64,000 bases of DNA from an uncultured Actinomycetes bacterium (GTDB lineage: Bacteria > Actinomycetota > UBA4738 > JBBDTT01), in contig CAVUMN010000004.1 in assembly GCA_963742735.1 (NCBI GenBank), forward strand, positions 320,001 through 384,000, given 5' to 3'. The notes beneath the pieces were generated by a model that was not told the DNA's origin, did not search any database, and saw only the letters and a program-made list of their open reading frames with translations. Position numbers and translations under genes: made by a program. Numbering within the stretch: position 1 is the stretch's first letter; each line of letters opens with the position of its first letter. Below, one piece after another: positions 60,521 through 64,000 of the stretch.

Positions 60521-60539
60521 CGCAGGAGGAGGGCCGGAG

Positions 60540-61652
60540 ATGACCACCACGAGCACGCGGACCGCCCCGTTCACCCGGATCGACCACTTCGACGGGCCCG
60601 ATCTCGAGACCACCCCGGCCTCCCAGCTCAGGCGGATCCGCGCCCAGGCGCCGATGTTCGCCGACTGGTTCCGCGCCACCGGTCGCGTGGACACCTTCGC
60701 GGCGCGTTCGCTGGTCACGCTCCCCTACCCCCGGCGCTTCGCGCTGTGGGACGCGTGCACGGCGCCGGTCCCGTACGTCTGGATGACGAACCGGATGTTC
60801 GTGATCCGGTGGCAGGAGGACGGCCGCACGCGGACCCTGGTCGCCGAGCCCTCCGACTACGAGCTCGGCCTGAACACCCCGTTCCTGCTTCGCAGCATCG
60901 ACCGGCTGCCGATGCGCCGCGAGCGGGCGCTCGACGCCTTCTTCACTCGCCACGGACGGATCGTGGGGCACCTGGCCGAGATGGGGATCGCCCCCGAGGA
61001 CGTGGACTACCTCGCTTTCGACCACCTGCACACCCAGGACGTCCGCCGGCTGGTGGGGACGAACGGGCCAGCCCAGGACCTTGGGTACGCGGACGGCCCG
61101 GTGCCGGCCCTGTTCCCCAACGCCCGACTGATCGTCCAGCACGACGAGGTCGCCCACGTCCGCGACGTCCACCCGTTCCAGGCCCGGTTCCATCAGAGCG
61201 ACACCTACGGCGACATCCGCCAGGAGGCCCTGCTGTTGATCGAGGGCGACGTCCTGGTCGCCCCGGGGCTGGCGTTCCTCCGGACCCCCGGCCACACCTT
61301 CGGCAACCACACCCTGGTCGTGAACACGGGCCGGGGCATCTTCACCTCGTCCGAGAACGGGATCGCGGTGGAGTGCTACGCGCCGGAGGCGTCGCGGCTG
61401 CCCGGCGTGCGCCGGTGGGCAGCCCGCGAGGGCCTCGAGGTGGTCATGAACTTCAACACGCCGGAGTTCGCGAGCTGGCAATACAACTCCATGGTCAAGG
61501 AGAAGCTCATCGCCGACCCGATCCCCGGGCGGCCCGAGCTCCCGCAGGTGTTCCCGTCCTCGGAGCTGACGCGGCACTACCTGGCCCCGGGGATCCGCCC
61601 CATCTACGAGCACGGCGACCTGACGGTCGGCCGAGGGAGTGAGACACGATGA
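60540..61652 (+). CDS. Metallo-beta-lactamase-fold hydrolase
   Basis: GIAPEDVDYLAFDHLHTQD, LFPNARLIVQ, TPGHT; AGGAGG RBS. Confidence 0.8.
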   Translation: MTTTSTRTAPFTRIDHFDGPDLETTPASQLRRIRAQAPMFADWFRATGRVDTFAARSLVTLPYPRRFALWDACTAPVPYVWMTNRMFVIRWQEDGRTRTLVAEPSDYELGLNTPFLLRSIDRLPMRRERALDAFFTRHGRIVGHLAEMGIAPEDVDYLAFDHLHTQDVRRLVGTNGPAQDLGYADGPVPALFPNARLIVQHDEVAHVRDVHPFQARFHQSDTYGDIRQEALLLIEGDVLVAPGLAFLRTPGHTFGNHTLVVNTGRGIFTSSENGIAVECYAPEASRLPGVRRWAAREGLEVVMNFNTPEFASWQYNSMVKEKLIADPIPGRPELPQVFPSSELTRHYLAPGIRPIYEHGDLTVGRGSETR

Positions 61653-64000
61653 CGTCGTTCCTGAAGGAACTGGCGAGCTACGGGACCGACTGGCTCTACC
61701 TCCTGGCGCCCCTCGGCGCGGGCCTGGCCTTCGCGGTGTGGGCCGTGGCCACCGGCGAGCCCGGCAGGGGGAACCTGGTCCAGCGGCTGCTCCACCGGGG
61801 CGGGTCCTCGCTGGAACGGGTTACGGGGCTTCCGGCGTGGTGCGCGGGCGGGCTCCTCACCGGCCTTTGGGCTCTGACCATCGCCCTGATCGGGTTCGTG
61901 TGGGACGTGGCCCTGCACGTGGACGCCGGGCGCGACACGTTCCTGTACACGCCGGGCCACATGGCGATCGTGACCGGGCTCGGACTGATCCTGGCCGCCG
62001 GGGCCGTGTCGATCATGCTCGCCACGAACGACGAGTCCGACACCGGGCTCCGCTTCCGCCACCTCCGCATCCCCCGCGGCGCGCTCGCCCTGGTGGTGCT
62101 GGGAGCCGGCGCCCTGGTCGGGTTCCCCCTCGACGAGTTCTGGCATCGCGCCTACGGCATCGACGTGACGATGTGGGGCCCCACCCACCTGATCATGATC
62201 ACGGGCGCCTCCCTGTCGCCCATTGCCCTGTGGCTCCTGCTCACCGAGGCCGGCGCGCGGGCCGGGCGCCCCGGCTTCGTCCGCGGGATGCGGGTCCTGC
62301 TGGTTGGCGCGCTGCTTACCGGGCTGTCCACGTTCCAGCTGGAGTTCGACCTCGGGGTCCCCCAGTTCCAGCACCTGTATCACCCCGTGCTGATCGCGCT
62401 GGCCGCCTCCGTGGGCCTCGTGGCCGCGCGGACGATCCTCGGCCGCGGCGGCGCGCTGGTCGCCGTCGGAGGGTTCCTGGCCATCCGGGCCGCCCTGGCC
62501 GTGCTGACCGGCGGCGTCCTGAACCTGACCCTCCCCCGCTTCCCGCTCTACCTCGGCGCCGCCCTCAGCGTCGAGCTCGCGTTCTGGCTCGGGCGGAGGC
62601 TCCGGCCGGCGGCCCTGGCGCTGGCGGCCGGGGCGGCCGTGGGGACCGCCGGGCTGGCCGCGGAGTGGGGCTGGACGCAGGTGTGGGGCCGCCACCCCTG
62701 GGGCGAGTCCCTGGTTCCGAGCGCCCTCACCGCGGTGGCCATCGCGGTGCCCGGGGCCCTGATCGGGATCGCCCTCGGCCGGGTCGCGTCGTTCCGCACG
62801 GCCGGCATCCGGTGGCCGGTCGTCCTGGCCGCCGGGCTGGCGATCGTCGCCCTCCTGGGCGTGCCCCTGCAGCGCAACGCCGACCCCATCCGGGCCGAGG
62901 TCGTGACCCGGCCGGCCGGTGCCGGGCTCGTGGACGTCGAGGTCACGCTGAACCCGGCGAACGAGGGGTACGGGGCCGACTGGTTCGAGGTCCTGTCCTG
63001 GCAGGGCGGGCGCGCACGCGTCAGCCACATGGTGCCCCTGGGCGACGGGCGATTCGCCGCGGAGCGCCCGGTGCCGGTGGGCGCTCCCTGGAAGAGCGTC
63101 ATCCGGCTGGCCCATCACGACCTGGTCATGGCCGTCCCCGTCTACATGCCGGCCGACCCCGAGCTCGGCCTGACGGAGATCCCCGTCGCCTCTCGTCGAG
63201 TGACGACCATCCAGCGCGACACCGACATGCTGATGCGCGAGGCGCACGGCGGACCCATCCTGCCGGCCCTCGTGGCCTACGGGTTCATCCTGGCGATCGC
63301 CGTTGTGTGGGTGACGGTGCTGGCCCGGGGGTATGCGGCGCTGAGCCGTCCTGGGCCCGGCACCGGCGGCGGACCGCTGTCCGGACGCCGCATCGTGGTC
63401 ACCGGCGCCCGCGGGGGCATCGGAACGGCCGCGGTGAAGGCCCTGCGGGCCGAGGGGGCGCGCGTCGTCGGGGTCGACCGGCGTCCGGGCCCCGACGTGG
63501 TGGCGGGCGACGTCACCGACCTCGCCTCGATGGAGGCGGCGCTCGCGGAGGCCGCGCGGCGGCTGGGCGGCATCGACACCCTCGTCAACAACGCCGGCAT
63601 CGGGCGCGCCCAGGACTCGGGAGCGGCCCCGGACCTGGATTCCCGGGCCACGCTCGAGGTCAACCTGCTGGGAACCTGGATCACGACCGCGGCCGCGAGG
63701 CCCCACCTGCTCGCCGAGCGGGGACACGTGGTCAACGTGGCCTCGGGGCTCGCGATCGTGAACGTCCCCTATTCGGCCGCGTACGCCGCCAGCAAGCGCG
63801 GCGTGCACGCCTACTCCGACGTGCTCCGCCTGGAGTACGGCGGCCGGCTCACCGTGACCACCGTCGATCCGGGCTACGTGCGCACGGCCATCCATGACCG
63901 GACCGCGGAGGCCGGCGTGTCGATCGACGGGCTGGTCTGGGCGGACTCGGTCAACCAGGCGGCGGCGGCCATCGTCCGGGCGTGCATCGACCGGCCCCGG
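61649..64000 (+). CDS. Polytopic membrane protein fused to a C-terminal short-chain dehydrogenase; runs off the window end, so absent from the ORF track
   Basis: ATGA overlap; hand translation MTSFLKELASYG..WDVALHVDAGRD..; same frame at 63362 gives VVTGARGGIG, LVNNAG, YAASK. Confidence 0.8.
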   Translation, partial: MTSFLKELASYGTDWLYLLAPLGAGLAFAVWAVATGEPGRGNLVQRLLHRGGSSLERVTGLPAWCAGGLLTGLWALTIALIGFVWDVALHVDAGRDTFLYTPGHMAIVTGLGLILAAGAVSIMLATNDESDTGLRFRHLRIPRGALALVVLGAGALVGFPLDEFWHRAYGIDVTMWGPTHLIMITGASLSPIALWLLLTEAGARAGRPGFVRGMRVLLVGALLTGLSTFQLEFDLGVPQFQHLYHPVLIALAASVGLVAARTILGRGGALVAVGGFLAIRAALAVLTGGVLNLTLPRFPLYLGAALSVELAFWLGRRLRPAALALAAGAAVGTAGLAAEWGWTQVWGRHPWGESLVPSALTAVAIAVPGALIGIALGRVASFRTAGIRWPVVLAAGLAIVALLGVPLQRNADPIRAEVVTRPAGAGLVDVEVTLNPANEGYGADWFEVLSWQGGRARVSHMVPLGDGRFAAERPVPVGAPWKSVIRLAHHDLVMAVPVYMPADPELGLTEIPVASRRVTTIQRDTDMLMREAHGGPILPALVAYGFILAIAVVWVTVLARGYAALSRPGPGTGGGPLSGRRIVVTGARGGIGTAAVKALRAEGARVVGVDRRPGPDVVAGDVTDLASMEAALAEAARRLGGIDTLVNNAGIGRAQDSGAAPDLDSRATLEVNLLGTWITTAAARPHLLAERGHVVNVASGLAIVNVPYSAAYAASKRGVHAYSDVLRLEYGGRLTVTTVDPGYVRTAIHDRTAEAGVSIDGLVWADSVNQAAAAIVRACIDRPR

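Noticed and set aside
1-64000. Many long antisense or alternate-frame ORFs (for example 3640..5490 -, 10808..12616 +, 50932..53064 -, 61604..63895 -)
   Set aside because: They shadow recognisable genes; stop codons are rare at this GC content; the translations are Arg/Gly/Pro-rich with no motifs
1-64000. CRISPR array, tRNA/rRNA, IS element or prophage
   Set aside because: No spaced repeats, cloverleaf, terminal inverted repeats, transposase, integrase or phage genes recognised by eye

Overview
High-GC (roughly 70%) bacterial chromosomal DNA from an actinobacterium; topA-tmk-holB, bldG/apgA-like genes, hppA and a DUF1998 helicase follow the Streptomyces-type core gene order, and many starts look leaderless. 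No rRNA, tRNA, CRISPR array, integrase or transposase was recognised. Five blocks: (1) 1-5.6 kb, a branched-chain-amino-acid (LIV/HAAT)-type ABC module with lipoproteins and a YhgE/Pip-like surface protein; (2) 5.7-9.5 kb, a PAS/GAF kinase with a NarL-type regulator and small proteins; (3) 9.5-35.4 kb, core genes interleaved with a dense cation-homeostasis set (two KimA-like APC transporters around a KdpDE-like pair with no kdpFABC in the window, two TrkA, a K+-independent PPase, a CPA2 antiporter with a candidate riboswitch, a CaCA exchanger); (4) 35.4-59.7 kb, a large divergent envelope locus with two more LIV-type transporters, four solute-binding proteins, a flippase, an AlkP-family enzyme, a second YhgE/Pip-like protein, an FxLYD-like lipoprotein, a PQQ-type beta-propeller and a sortase whose catalytic Cys is Ser, which is the best candidate for an undescribed system; (5) 59.7-64 kb, a MerR regulator opposite an MBL hydrolase and a membrane protein with two PmoC/AmoC-like metal motifs fused to an SDR. 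Frameshifts cluster at about 6.4-10.8, 18.7-24.2, 33.1-34.4 and 44.7 kb and hit essential genes, so most are probably sequencing indels. All family calls come from motif recognition by eye, not from database searches.
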